Source: Octopus bimaculoides
Taxonomy: Eukaryota
Reading direction: 5' to 3'
Length of the DNA: 64,000 nucleotides
NCBI RefSeq assembly: GCF_001194135.2
Contig: NC_068992.1
Coordinates: 44,871,486 to 44,935,485, forward strand
How positions within the stretch are numbered: the stretch's first letter is position 1; every line of letters starts with the position of its first letter. Under the pieces are notes generated by a model. It was not told where the DNA came from. It made no database searches and saw nothing but the letters and a program-made list of their open reading frames with translations. The position numbers were made by a program, and so were the translations under genes. Below, piece after piece: positions 13,791-26,669 of the stretch.

Positions 13791-15327
13791 ATCTTACCTT
13801 GCAAAATAAATCAAGTTAAAAGTGCTATTACAGATAGTAATTGTTATTCCAACTCACGTAAGACTAATCGATCTTCTCAAAACAGAGAATCGGCCAAAAT
13901 CGATTCTATGAGAACTTTGAAATACTGTAAATAAATCGCTGTCGCCATCACGAACACTCATATTTCTATATGTAACTTTTTCGGTTGTGATGACTGCTGC
14001 ACACATTTAACTTTAAAATATTTTGAAACTATAGTTCAAAGAAAATGAAAGACGATACGACTGGCTTCATGTTGAAATTATTTGATGGTGCTATACACTT
14101 GGAGTCGTGCGATGTTACAATACCTTCATAGATGCAGCTGCTATTAATGTCAAAGTACAGTGAGGAAAAAGTGCTGTACACGTGCTACTGAAATTATTTA
14201 ACTGATATTGAAGTGATATCGCAAGGGGATGATTTTCGACAGAAATGCCTAATATGTATATTCAAAAGGAGTATGGAAGATTTGATTTAGATACCAAATT
14301 ATATTTTTATATAGTGAACGTTGTTACCATTGATAAAACCACCGAGGTAGCAGAAAACTATAGGCCACTCGCTTGGCTAAACAATATGTACAAGATTTAC
14401 ACAAGCCGTATCAACTAATTCCTTCAGGATCATTGTGAGTCCAACATTGGGTCTGTTATTGAATACCTACATAAAGTAATATTGGTGAAACACTTCCATC
14501 AAGACTTCTGACTAAATGCAAATATAAGAGACTAAATAGAGTTCTGTAGGATAGGCACTAAAATGTTTGTCCCATCATAGACATCAGCTGCCATGAACAG
14601 TTTCGAAAATCAAGGAGTGAGAGGTTGACTACGAACAACCTCTTCAAAGCGTTCTACCTCTAGAGCCAGATAATAAATTCACATCCATGCCTATGATAAC
14701 TGGTGTTCTTCATTTTCGTAGTAGATGCCATTTTCGTGTAAATAAGTCTAAATGTACTTTACCAGAGCATTTTAAATTAATACTACTTCATGGTTTTTGC
14801 ATACTGAATGTATCGACTAGTCACATTACTATTCATTATTTCTTTTTATTTCTTATTTCATTGTTAAGTTATTAATTTATTAATTCATAATTAGCTTTTA
14901 TTTATTCACATATTAATTGAGCAAATATTGGTATCTCAAATCTTCCAAACTTAGCATATGTAAAACAATACTGATTTATTATTCTGATTAATGAAAACTA
15001 TGAATAAACATATACTGTATCTGTACACATATAGCAACTTTATTTTATATACTTTTGACCTAGGTGCCTTATGTTAATCTTTCCCTGCTCCATTATAAAT
15101 TGGTCTGCTAGTAGAGAAAGCCCCCCCCCCACAACCTATAGTAGTTTGTCACTAACGCCAAAAGAATCTTTATAACCATATAATCCATGTATATTGTTTA
15201 CCCCTTTCCTTTCCTTATATAACATATATACCTATATATATACACACATACATACACACACACACATACACATATATATATGTATATGTGTGGGTGCGTG
15301 TGTGTGAGTGTGAGTGTNNNNNNNNNN

Positions 15328-15482
15328 GGCCCCTTTCAGTTGCTGTCTACCAAGTCTACACATAGGGACTTGGTCGGCCCGAGGCCATAGCAGAAAACAC
15401 TTGCCCAAGATGCTTCGTAGTGAAACTGAACTCGGGAACGATGTGGCTGTGAAGCAAGCTTCGTACCACACAGCTACGCGTG
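15328..15482 (-). mobile_element. SINE (second family), near full length
   Basis: Reverse complement has a tRNA-like head (gtagctgtgtggtacgaagcttgcttc...gagttcagtttc), cttgggcaagtgttttctgctatggcctcgggccgacc and gtagacagcaactgaaag. Confidence 0.85.
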
Positions 15483-15539
15483 CACATGCACATATATATG
15501 TATATGTGTGGGTGCGTGTGTGTGAGTGTGAGTGTTCGT

Positions 15540-15732
15540 TCTTGTGTTTGTCCCCAATCACCGCTTGACAACTGGTCTTTGTATATTTACGTCCCCGTAA
15601 CTCGGCTGTTCGACACAAGAGACGGATAGAATATGTACTAGGTTTTCTTGGAAACATAAGACCTTGGGTCGACTTCTAACACTAAAACCTTTTGCCCTAT
15701 TTCAATGACTGAAATAAGTAAAAGATAAAAGA
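15540..15732 (+). mobile_element. SINE 3' portion
   Basis: ccgcttgacaac...tttacgtccccgtaactcggc...gggtcgac...aatgactgaaataagtaaaagataaaag; same tail as 1-92. Confidence 0.75.
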
Positions 15733-18115
15733 TATACTTTACTAATTTAATTCTTATTGCACTATTTAGATATTTAAATTAAATTTCGTGTAATGTATCC
15801 CATGTTTCTAACGTACATAACAAATGATTTTGAAATAGTGACGATTTGGTGGAATTCATAAATATCTGGAATAAATATTACAATACTGAAAATGATATTT
15901 ACTTAGCGCTAAGATTATGCTGGATCATCATTTTTAAATATTTTCATTAACTGAGATATTCATTGCTAGCACGGAATAAAGTTGTGATATTTTCACTTAG
16001 ACATTGATGATATTCATCATAAGCGCCAATGGATTCTCTTGTTCATCTATTATTTTCTCCTTGTTTGTGTTTCTCAATAGATCATTCACGCACAAGAGGG
16101 CTAATAATATTGCATCATGTCAATCGCTTTCATTACTATATTTTGAAGATTGCTTAAGTTCCATCTTCATCGTCTATTTTGTCCAATCAAGGGTTCATAT
16201 TCGTGCTTGTTATATATGGGCATATGTTCTATACATTTATATTTTAATTATACCAAGTGAAAGAGCCTCTCAACCAATTGTTGAATAAATTCAATTATTT
16301 CAAACTTTTCAAGTCACAATATAGCTTATGTGAGTCTTTACTGTATTTCAATTTTAAAATATCTTCACTAAATAGATTTGTAATTCTTTATCTTAATATG
16401 AATCTTTTTTTTACGTGGAACCTAATTTAATATAAATACAATATGTTTTGCCAAGTTTAATTAAGAGGTATTAACGACTTTCGAAAACAAGAATCCTTTC
16501 AAATATACTGATAGAGTCTAAAACAGAGATTATTGATAACTTTTTTAAAAAAGTATTCCATATAGAGAATGTTTTAAAAAATATTTTCAATTATAAAAGT
16601 GTTCCATAAGAAACCACTACAACTATGAGGAATGCAAGAGAATTACTGTAATAAGCAAATTATTGTTATTGGTTTTTGTCTCCATCAGTTGATTAACGAT
16701 ACCTTACTTGATTCATTTACAGTTACTGTAGAAATCAAAATTTAATAAACAAACTTGCCGAAAATTTAAAATACCTTTCATTTTCCAGATGTAAGAAAGT
16801 AGTCGTCTGAAGATTACGCGAAAGATTTCTATTTTACTGGCATAGCTTCTAATCTATGATCTGTTGTCTTAAGTCATTCAGAAAAATAATGGAATGATAC
16901 TATACTAGTTTTGTGATCTATACTTTCGAAGAACTCATGCAAACGAATGGAAATTGAAGGCAAATTGAATATCAATATAGTTTTGTTGAGAATTTTAATG
17001 ATTTGTCAATCAAACATTAGGAAATTAGTTGTGAGATTTGGTGACATTTTCCAAAACGCGTAGACTAAACTCCAGATATCACTGATGCATTTTAGTATAT
17101 GTAAACAAAAGTGGTTATAGAGAAGAAAACTTAAGCAGTCACATACTGCCACAAAGTATCAGTAATTTGAATTCAGTTTTGTCATAATTTCAAATATATA
17201 TTCCTTCTAATTTCAATGCAAATATCTCTTCAATATCTTGGGGGAATTGTTTAATTTATTAATTAAAAATGAAGCTTTTTTCTAATGACACAAGATGAAT
17301 AATTAATGAAACTAAAACGGACTAACATTACTGACCAACAAGCCTAGTGAAGGTACTGGCAATACATAAACATGTTTAAGATATTTCGTTTTTGTCAGTA
17401 CTCTTCTTAATTGAAGTAAACTGCATATCAACAAGGAAATTATTGAAACTATAAGCGCTATGTATTTTCAGATTTTAAAATTTACATGAAGTATTTATTA
17501 CAATAACACGTGATTAGAAACACAAAATGCCCTCTGGTTAGTGAAAATTGATTCGGAATACAACTAAGCTGGTCTATAATTATAATTTAAAAAATACGCG
17601 TATAATGTTTAAATGATTTTCTTCAAAACATTTCCTGATATTATAAATAATCTTCCGCATAATTATTAAGTTATACATACTGCCATCAACCACGATTTGT
17701 TTGTTTTGATTAAAACGCAACACTAAATAAACATTTACTCATTACTCACAGTAAATATCCTCAAGTGAATGTTATATATTAAATGTATAAATGATGCTGT
17801 AAGCAATAAATGGTAATGAAACAAAACAAAATCAAAGGTGGACAGACAGGTACATCGTCATAGTTTAAATGCATTGCAGCCTTCAGTTTGAAATTTACCG
17901 CAATTTATATTATTATTTATCATTCAGAGGTCGATAAAATAGGATGCGATATCGATCAATCTAATCGATTGAACCATAGCTACGGATTTTTACGGGTACT
18001 GATAAAAGTACTTTTGCTGAGAACTAATGAAATGAAGCCTAGTGTCGTTTGAATTGATGTAAATAATAATAATAAATATAATTTGAATTGATGTAAATAA
18101 TAATAATAAATATAA

Positions 18116-18405
18116 ATGCCCTGATGCAGTACCAGGCAGTGGCTCTCATGGCTTCTCATCTTAACTGGTTGGAAGTGTTATGTACATTGTTTAGTTTTGG
18201 TATAAAAGATGGGCTACAACAAATATTCTGCTCAATACTACAGATTTGCTTGTCACTTGTTTAACCATAACCAGTTGAGCACGTCTCTTGTTGGCTGACG
18301 ATATGTGCATCGCGGATCACGAACAGAAGTAGTGGGGAAACATAATAGCCATGTGCTGAGAGGAATTCTTTAGGCTTTGATAGATTCTCCTCTGGAAACA
18401 GGTAT
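18116..18405. mobile_element. Interspersed repeat, probably the 3' end of a non-LTR retroelement (family not assigned)
   Basis: A more GC-balanced block (tgccctgatgcagtaccaggcagtggctctcatggcttc...) that I recall as a common octopus repeat. It abuts an (AAT)n-containing 34-bp tandem duplication at 18048-18115. Confidence 0.5.
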
Positions 18406-19789
18406 TCTGTTCCTCTTCCTTAAACAAAACTTTTTCATTGACCTTTTGTGTAATATAAAAAAATTCAATACCTCGTTACACTTTATTAAGTTTCACTACA
18501 AGTATGATATTATGAACGAGTAATTGCTAGTGCTGTAATCTGTAAGTCACGCTACTCTTTATGTGTACTCAAGACAGTTGAATTAGAGGAAACATGTGAG
18601 ATATCAGTGGAATTAAATAATGGTCCTAGTTCGGAGTTCAAATTTTTATATGATCCACAAACAAAGATGCGAAACGAGGGATAGGCAAGTCACGAAACTT
18701 GTACTGAAACGAATTACAATATTCCTTTTCGAATGCCCATCTCTAAATCAAAAGAATATTTTCCATTTCCTCATGGTTTAAACCCTAAGTACTGCTAAAA
18801 TGAATTAGCAGATTGGTTTGACTAAACGCTTTCTTCTGATGTGAGCCGACACTTCAGATGATGACCTCCATTATTTACGAAGATGACAAAGGTGGAAACA
18901 GGTGGGATTTTATGCGCATGCATTGATACACTGCACCTACGTCTGATGTGGGGACGGATTACATAGTCATCTCTACATATTTACAATAATTTATTATTTT
19001 ATAGAACAGGGAATGAGGAAAGACTTGCAAAACTAAATACTGAAGTCTATTGAAATAAACACNNNNNNNNNNNNNNNNNNNNNNNNNNNNNNNNNNNNNN
19101 NNNNNNNNNNNNNNNNNNNNNNNNNNNNNNNNNNNNNNNNNNNNNNNNNNNNNNNNNNNNNNNNNNNNNNNNNNNNNNNNNNNNNNNNNNNNNNNNNNNN
19201 NNNNNNNNNNNNNNNNNNNNNNNNNNNNNNNNNNNNNNNNNNNNNNNNNNNNNNNNNNNNNNNNNNNNNNNNNNNNNNNNNNNNNNNNNNNNNNNNNNNN
19301 NNNNNNNNNNNNNNNNNNNNNNNNNNNNNNNNNNNNNNNNNNNNNNNNNNNNNNNNNNNNNNNNNNNNNNNNNNNNNNNNNNNNNNNNNNNNNNNNNNNN
19401 NNNNNNNNNNNNNNNNNNNNNNNNNNNNNNNNNNNNNNNNNNNNNNNNNNNNNNNNNNNNNNNNNNNNNNNNNNNNNNNNNNNNNNNNNNNNNNNNNNNN
19501 NNNNNNNNNNNNNNNNNNNNNNNNNNNNNNNNNNNNNNNNNNNNNNNNNNNNNNNNNNNNNNNNNNNNNNNNNNNNNNNNNNNNNNNNNNNNNNNNNNNN
19601 NNNNNNNNNNNNNNNNNNNNNNNNNNNNNNNNNNNNNNNNNNNNNNNNNNNNNNNNNNNNNNNNNNNNNNNNNNNNNNNNNNNNNNNNNNNNNNNNNNNN
19701 NNNNNNNNNNNNNNNNNNNNNNNNNNNNNNNNNNNNNNNNNNNNNNNNNNNNNNNNNNNNNNNNNNNNNNNNNNNNNNNNNNNNNNNNN

Positions 19790-19860
<71 letters not shown>

Positions 19861-20365
19861 GTTTATATGCATTATGTTGAGGTTTGTGGTTTGTTGAGAG
19901 ATATTAGAGATATAGTAGCTTACATAAAAATAAAACATATAAACCAAAATCAAATAAAAGTATAACCAGAAAAAATTATGGCTATAGACACAAGAGGACA
20001 AAAAACAAAGTGATACATGCATAGGTACGCATGTCCATTTTTATCGAGTGATACATATATAAATAACATGCAGAAAGTTAGATATAGCTATAATTATGCA
20101 TACATATATACGAACATACATACACACAGAGACATACACATACACACGCATACACACACATGAACGCACACACACACATGTATGCACACACACACACACA
20201 CATGTATGCACACACACACAGACATGCATAAGGTGGGTCCGTTGTTCATAATTCAGAGAAATTCATACTTTAAAATAATTACTGAACAGTGGTATTTAAT
20301 GTAGTCATTGGTTATAGCTGGTCAGAAGGTTACCATTTTTTTTTCACGTCTATTATTTCTCTTAG

Positions 20366-20391
20366 CAATATAGGCGAAACAGGATACAAAG
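20366..20391 (+). CDS. Putative 26-nt micro-exon (18 nt if the AG at 20372-20373 is used); NIGETGYK
   Basis: Pyrimidine tract ttttttttcacgtctattatttctcttag precedes it and a strong donor AAAG|gtaagg follows at 20392. It joins 26670-26701 in an open frame. No homology recognised. Confidence 0.35.
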
Positions 20392-20522
20392 GTAAGGATA
20401 CAGTCTTGATGTGGATGGTTGTGAAAAGAAAATCTGAAATTCTTTTGTCCTCATTAAGGTTGGTATACTCTTTCGATGTTATTATAGAACGTATGTCTTA
20501 AAAGTCTTTATTTACAAAATTG

Positions 20523-20796
20523 GGGAGCACTAAGCAGGCATGTGTACAAATGCAATGTTATTACTAGTTCAAATATGCCAGTCGCATAGTCGAACTCGTA
20601 AACAAGCTGTTCACTTAATTTTGTTACGGAAAACTTTTCTCGCTGTAGACAAATGGTGTAAATGCACCTAAATTAGCTCATAGCGCCACCTATCCAGACA
20701 GTGAGTGAATGGCTTATTTATGAGTTCGCACGGGCCACTGGCATATTCAAACTGGTAATAACATTGCATTTATACATATCACAGCATAGTGCTCCC
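20523..20796. mobile_element. MITE-like foldback element with ~90-bp terminal inverted repeats and a ~90-bp core
   Basis: 20523-20615 (gggagcactaagc...aaatgcaatgttattactagttcaaatatgccagt...gctgttcact) is the diverged reverse complement of 20705-20796 (gtgaatggctt...ggcatattcaaactggtaataacattgcattt...tagtgctccc). Confidence 0.75.
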
Positions 20797-20954
20797 GACC
20801 CGTAATTTATTTATTGCAAACAGTCGAGTAGCGATACCAGCTGACGTACGATGACTGGAATAACAAAAGAGAGATTGTCTTTCATATCATCTTGCAGCAC
20901 TACCATCCAGTTTCTGTGACGAAGGAGGAGATAACCACTCCAAAATGCTTACTT

Positions 20955-21113
20955 CTCACAGACTGGGTGGGTGGCGCTTCGAGCTGATTTAGGTTTATTT
21001 GCACCATTTGTCGACAGCGAGAAATTTTCTCCATGACAAAACACAGTGAATGGCTTGTTTAAGAGTTCGAAAGTGCCGCAGGCATATTCAAACTGGTAAT
21101 AACATTGCATTTA
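20955..21113 (-). mobile_element. Second, inverted and truncated copy of the 20523-20796 MITE
   Basis: 20955-21040 is the reverse complement of the core 20620-20705. 21046-21113 repeats the TIR sequence (ggcatattcaaactggtaataacattgcattta). Confidence 0.75.
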
Positions 21114-22268
21114 CTCATTGTTTCTATAATATAATTGAAGATATTCATTCAGGTTACCTCTTTATTTTACAAGGAATATGACAATTAAGTTTTCTACAAC
21201 TTGATTTAATTACGAGATCCTGTTTGCAGTAGGAAAACTGGCATTGAACGGCGAATATGTAAACAGGTCGAAACGGAGGTATTTTACTGAAATATGAAGT
21301 GAACATAAATACGGAAAATATGTAAACACATCCGTACATTAAAAGTAGAATCAAACGAAGTATTATTTCAGGTTATTATTTGGGAGCCAACTGTTTTTAA
21401 ATAGATCCATCGCTCAGATGACAACATTTGTCACAAGCAACATAAGCCCTACCTCATCAATTATATTCTCCTATATTTACTGCTTCTCTCTTTAATTAAT
21501 CAAAACTGACATTCAATTTAGAATGTGCAGAATTTAAGTCACATAAAAGTATATTTAAAAAAGAAATTACACACACATATGGCATACACAAATACATATA
21601 TCACATACATACGTACATACAAATAGATAGATAGATAGATAGATAGATCAATCAGCAATAAAGATACGTTTTTTAAATACTGATTCTCTCTCATGCAAGC
21701 ACTCAGATTTGTATCTTGTCAGTCTGCTTGTTGTATTATTTAGTTCGTTCTCAATATTTGACAGAATAATAGACTTAACAACATTTTAAAATATTCTCCA
21801 TCCATTTTCTTTCTTTCCTTTTCAATATTGTATTTAAAAGCTATTTTACCTGTTTTAGAAGTTCATTTACTAACTCTACGGCATATACGGAAATTTCTTT
21901 TTAGATATAGTCATCAGTAAATTGAAAAAAATAATTCCCGCAACGACACGATTTCCTCTCATTTAATATGGAAGAGACGATACCAATGCATGGGGAACAA
22001 TGTAAACAAAACCAGGGTTTGTTTTGTTATTATATACAGATTTACTGTAGAAATATCTGACATTCAATAATGGAACACGAGAAAAGATAGTTTGCTAACA
22101 GTTGACTCTACAAGTCCCAGATTTTTTCGCTTTATTTAAATCAAAAGGGTCATTCTATATATATCTCTTGAACAGGTGAGACATTTATCATGCCCCAGCC
22201 CAGTTTCAAATTTGGTAGAAGGAAAACATAATCATAAATATATAGGGATTAGCAGTATCCTGCTTCTC

Positions 22269-22451
22269 CAACATACTGAGAATTCAGAAATAGCAGCCAA
22301 AGAACTACTGATTCCAAAACTACAAATTTTTCTCTAAATTGATAGCGATATTTATGGTACACACAGAACAAAAAACAGAAGAGAAGAGTAAAAAGAGTAG
22401 TTTTGGAATCAGTAGTTCTTTGGCTGCTATTTCTGAATTCTCAGTATGTTG
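22269..22451. repeat. Perfect 55-bp inverted repeat with 73-bp spacer, running into a gap
   Basis: 22269-22323 caacatactgagaattcagaaatagcagccaaagaactactgattccaaaactac is the exact reverse complement of 22397-22451. Confidence 0.95.
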
Positions 22452-23879
22452 NNNNNNNNNNNNNNNNNNNNNNNNNNNNNNNNNNNNNNNNNNNNNNNNN
22501 NNNNNNNNNNNNNNNNNNNNNNNNNNNNNNNNNNNNNNNNNNNNNNNNNNNNNNNNNNNNNNNNNNNNNNNNNNNNNNNNNNNNNNNNNNNNNNNNNNNN
22601 NNNNNNNNNNNNNNNNNNNNNNNNNNNNNNNNNNNNNNNNNNNNNNNNNNNNNNNNNNNNNNNNNNNNNNNNNNNNNNNNNNNNNNNNNNNNNNNNNNNN
22701 NNNNNNNNNNNNNNNNNNNNNNNNNNNNNNNNNNNNNNNNNNNNNNNNNNNNNNNNNNNNNNNNNNNNNNNNNNNNNNNNNNNTATATATATATATATAT
22801 ATATTGATAGGAAGGACAACAAAAGGAAGAAAGAGACCTCGGTATTATGTAAATAGAGGAATTTATCTGTAAAAATGTGTGACACTTATTCGGTAGCCAT
22901 GATAAAACTCCGGGTTTCGGATGCCGGGGTGGGAGCCCACGCCAGCATCTTTTCAGTTATCCGGCCGTTGAAAATTCTTGTGAAAAAATGACCGTTAAAC
23001 AAAGGGCAATTACTGTTTGGTTGACCGTCATTAAGACAAAAGAGCTATAGATCGCTAAGTACGGGGATTTCGTCACGGTATAATTATGTGTTGGATGTTC
23101 TCACAACTTATTGTCCTTCCCGGGTTTCTAAATAAATTCAGGTACTAAGTTCAACATAATCGCCTGTTTTCTACCACAAATATGCGACCCTGTGCTTAAC
23201 TTGCTATTCGTTTTTATACATACACTAATTTCACAGTTTAAATTTGAATAACTTATATGGATATATTTTCGTTCTCCCACTTCTTTCTATTCTGAAGAAT
23301 AATTAATAAAAATAATAGCCATACGCTAGGCGTTTGTCCATAAATTATTATTGTACGAGTGTCGAGATTTACACATTCTATGATTTAATAGTTTCTGTCA
23401 CGTGAAGAAACATATGCTCTAAACGATTTGCTGTACTAGAATATTTCACAAAGTATTGTAAACAATTATTTAAATTACACATAGGAATATACATAGATTA
23501 TTTATGAAGACATATTAGTAGCCATTGTTAGACTGAAGTATTCCGTGATGTTCGGTGTAATGATAGTAACTATTTTGTAGCTACCTGTAAATTACGCTGT
23601 AGGAAATGAATCTAAGATAAACCGTGCACTGCTTGATAAAAACATTTAAGCGCTTCATCAGCTAAAATGGAAAAACAGCTATAGGAAATCATAATTTAGT
23701 GATTAACTATCAAGTGTTATTGAAAATTATTTCAAATCTGCATTCAGTGATCTCTTAGAACACCCCCTATAGCCCTCACTTTTAATGTTTACTACTAGAT
23801 TTGGTATTAAACCTGAATTATACAAAGAAGCATACAAATATACATAGAAGCACACACACGCACACACACGCACGCACAC

Positions 23880-23957
<78 letters not shown>

Positions 23958-23961
<4 letters not shown>

Positions 23962-24370
23962 GATGGTTGGTATCTCGATTTCGAGTAGAGCCATTGCTTG
24001 ACTTCTTTATGCCCTACAATATCATCGACGAGCTGCACGAATATGGGTTTTTGAGGCCTGCCAAGGACTTGCATGCTTTTTGACAATTAGTGCAAGAAAA
24101 CTTGGTGATTATATAGTTTACAGCTTTACTATGCCTCTTCATGCCATTTTTCGATCTACGTACTTTATGACAGAGTATGCATTCGAAATCTTCTGTCCAT
24201 CTATAAGCAATGTACGGTTGTGCAATGTGTGATTTCATATGGCTCTTTAGCCCAGCCTTAATTTTTCCCCATTCATCACACATAAGATCAGCACGTTCAA
24301 TATTGCTTGTTAGAACATCATTTCTTTCACTTTTTCTCATCTTTCTTTGGATCTTTGCATGCTCCATACG
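23958..24370 (-). mobile_element. RTE-like LINE 3' end carrying three degenerate C2H2 zinc fingers
   Basis: ORF 24014-24367: CDEWGK..KAGLKSHMKSH, CILCHKVRRSKNGMKRH and CTNCQKACKSLAGLK. A 1-nt frameshift in the A run at about 24048-24052 restores GLKTHIRA. It is followed by a short 3' UTR with a small ctcga-aa-tcgag hairpin and an (AT)n(GT)n tail. Confidence 0.75.
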
Positions 24371-25360
24371 TTTCTTTTATATGCAAAATTTGTATACAAA
24401 TATAAAATAACAATAAAAATTTAAAAAATAAAAATATAAAAATATAAGGCATATAAAACATACAAAAGTATATAAAAAAAACCCATATAGAGTCATAAAA
24501 ACTCATATATATATGCATATGCATGTATACATTACCATATACAGATATACATGGATACAAAGACACAAACAGATGAGTACATATATGTGTGCTCAAATGC
24601 ACATACATGTATGTATGAATGTATGTCTATATTTATATAAATTTAATGTATATTTGTGTTTCTCTGCTCGTATCTGTTATTGGCGTGTGTAACGTTCACT
24701 GAAATATTCCCACTGCTTGAACCAAGAAACATACCGTCATCGCAAATACGTATTAGCATAATGTACACACATGCACGCTTTAAATCAATACAAACGCATT
24801 CAGTCATACATAAATCAGTTAAAGAATCAATACTTACTCATTGAAGAATATTATTGTCCGTTATAATATAAATATTTTTTATAAATATATTTTATGTAAA
24901 AAAGAAAAAATTGAACTGTGACGTGCCATAACGTTATAAGACTAAAACTAAATAAAATGGTACATTTGCATTCTCTTTTTTTATTGTTCACGTAATATGT
25001 CGATTAATCTCTAAATCTTTTGACATAAGCCGTCTGACTTTTTGTTCGTATTTTCTGTTTTAATATCTGAAAATTCTCTCGCGTCCCCCCTCTCTTCTCA
25101 CCTTCTTTCCCCGCAATCAGCGAACATACTTGTATATACATGTTATATTAGTTACATCAGACCAACATATGTCTATAGTATGCTACACATCAGAGATTAC
25201 ATAGCAGAACGTTACACACAGCAGAGAATGAGAGAATCCTTACAAGTTTCACTGTCTGATTCCTTTCCTAGACGGTGTATCAGTTATATTAACCAAGTAG
25301 TTATCGTTTTGTTTAAAGATAGCACATACGCCTACCTACACACACACACACACACACACG

Positions 25361-25392
<32 letters not shown>

Positions 25393-25511
25393 TATACACA
25401 GACACGCACACACAGGAACACAAACACACGCAGACATATGTAGGAATGTATACATATACGTGAGTGTGTGTATATATATGTATGTATATTTATATGCATG
25501 CATACACACAC

Positions 25512-25578
<67 letters not shown>

Positions 25579-26669
25579 NNNNNNNNNNNNNNNNNNNNNN
25601 NNNNNNNNNNNNNNNNNNNNNNNNNNNNNNNNNNNNNNNNNNNNNNNNNNNNNNNNNNNNNNNNNNNNNNNNNNNNNNNNNNNNNNNNNNNNNNNNNNNN
25701 NNNNNNNNNNNNNNNNNNNNNNNNNNNNNNNNNNNNNNNNNNNNNNNNNNNNNNNNNNNNNNNNNNNNNNNNNNNNNNNNNNNNNNNNNNNNNNNNNNNN
25801 NNNNNNNNNNNNNNNNNNNNNNNNNNNNNNNNNNNNNNNNNNNNNNNNNNNNNNNNNNNNNNNNNNNNNNNNNNNNNNNNNNNNNNNNNNNNNNNNNNNN
25901 NNNNNNNNNNNNNNNNNNNNNNNNNNNNNNNNNNNNNNNNNNNNNNNNNNNNNNNNNNNNNNNNNNNNNNNNNNNNNNNNNNNNNNNNNNNNNNNNNNNN
26001 NNNNNNNNNNNNNNNNNNNNNNNNNNNNNNNNNNNNNNNNNNNNNNNNNNNNNNNNNNNNNNNNNNNNNNNNNNNATATATGTATGTATGTATGTATGTA
26101 TATAAGAATATACACATATGCATAAATGTATATGTACGCATGTATATACACTATCTATTTAGGTATATATATATATGTATATAGATAAATAGGTAGATAG
26201 ATAGATAGACAGGCAGACAAACAGATAGACAGATAGACAGACTGATAGAGATATTCTCTGTAAAATTATATCATTTCCATAAATTTATAACTAAATTTAA
26301 GAAATTATATACGATGCTTTTTCTTAAAAAGAAATAAATAAATCAAATATATTGTAAATTCAATCAGCTTAAATCTCTTATCTTTTTACACAAAATGTTA
26401 TCGCTAAAGAATTTGAATGATTTTCAATACTGAGTTGAGACGATGGATTACGTAAGGTAAGATGTTTCTACTAATTTGGTAACTACGTTAACAAACCCGT
26501 AAGTCTATTTAACGAGATAAGTTCGTTTGTAAGTTGGCTGCATAGAACTGGTAAGTACTGTTTCAAATGTTATCATGTCAGCACACAGATGTGCATGCGG
26601 GCGTCTGTCTGTGTGTTTTTTGTTTCTCTCTTTCCTTTTCTTTCTCTCCCCCTCCACCCTCTCTCTCAG

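Noticed and set aside
14300-14790. Possible minus-strand LINE RT relic (VRSLDG..GIQ..DP; FCYLG)
   Set aside because: Motif spacing is too short for RT domains 4 to 7 and stops are frequent; the evidence is insufficient.
18048-18115. 34-bp exact tandem duplication (also a 15-bp one near 10366-10399)
   Set aside because: Ordinary slippage-type duplications with no further structure.
18860-18910. acgaagatgacaaaggtggaaacaggt, faint hammerhead/PLE-end resemblance
   Set aside because: The core is mutated and the stems do not pair.
20374-20391. GETGYKG read as a collagen Gly-X-Y exon
   Set aside because: Only two triplets, and no other Gly-X-Y exons were found in the window.
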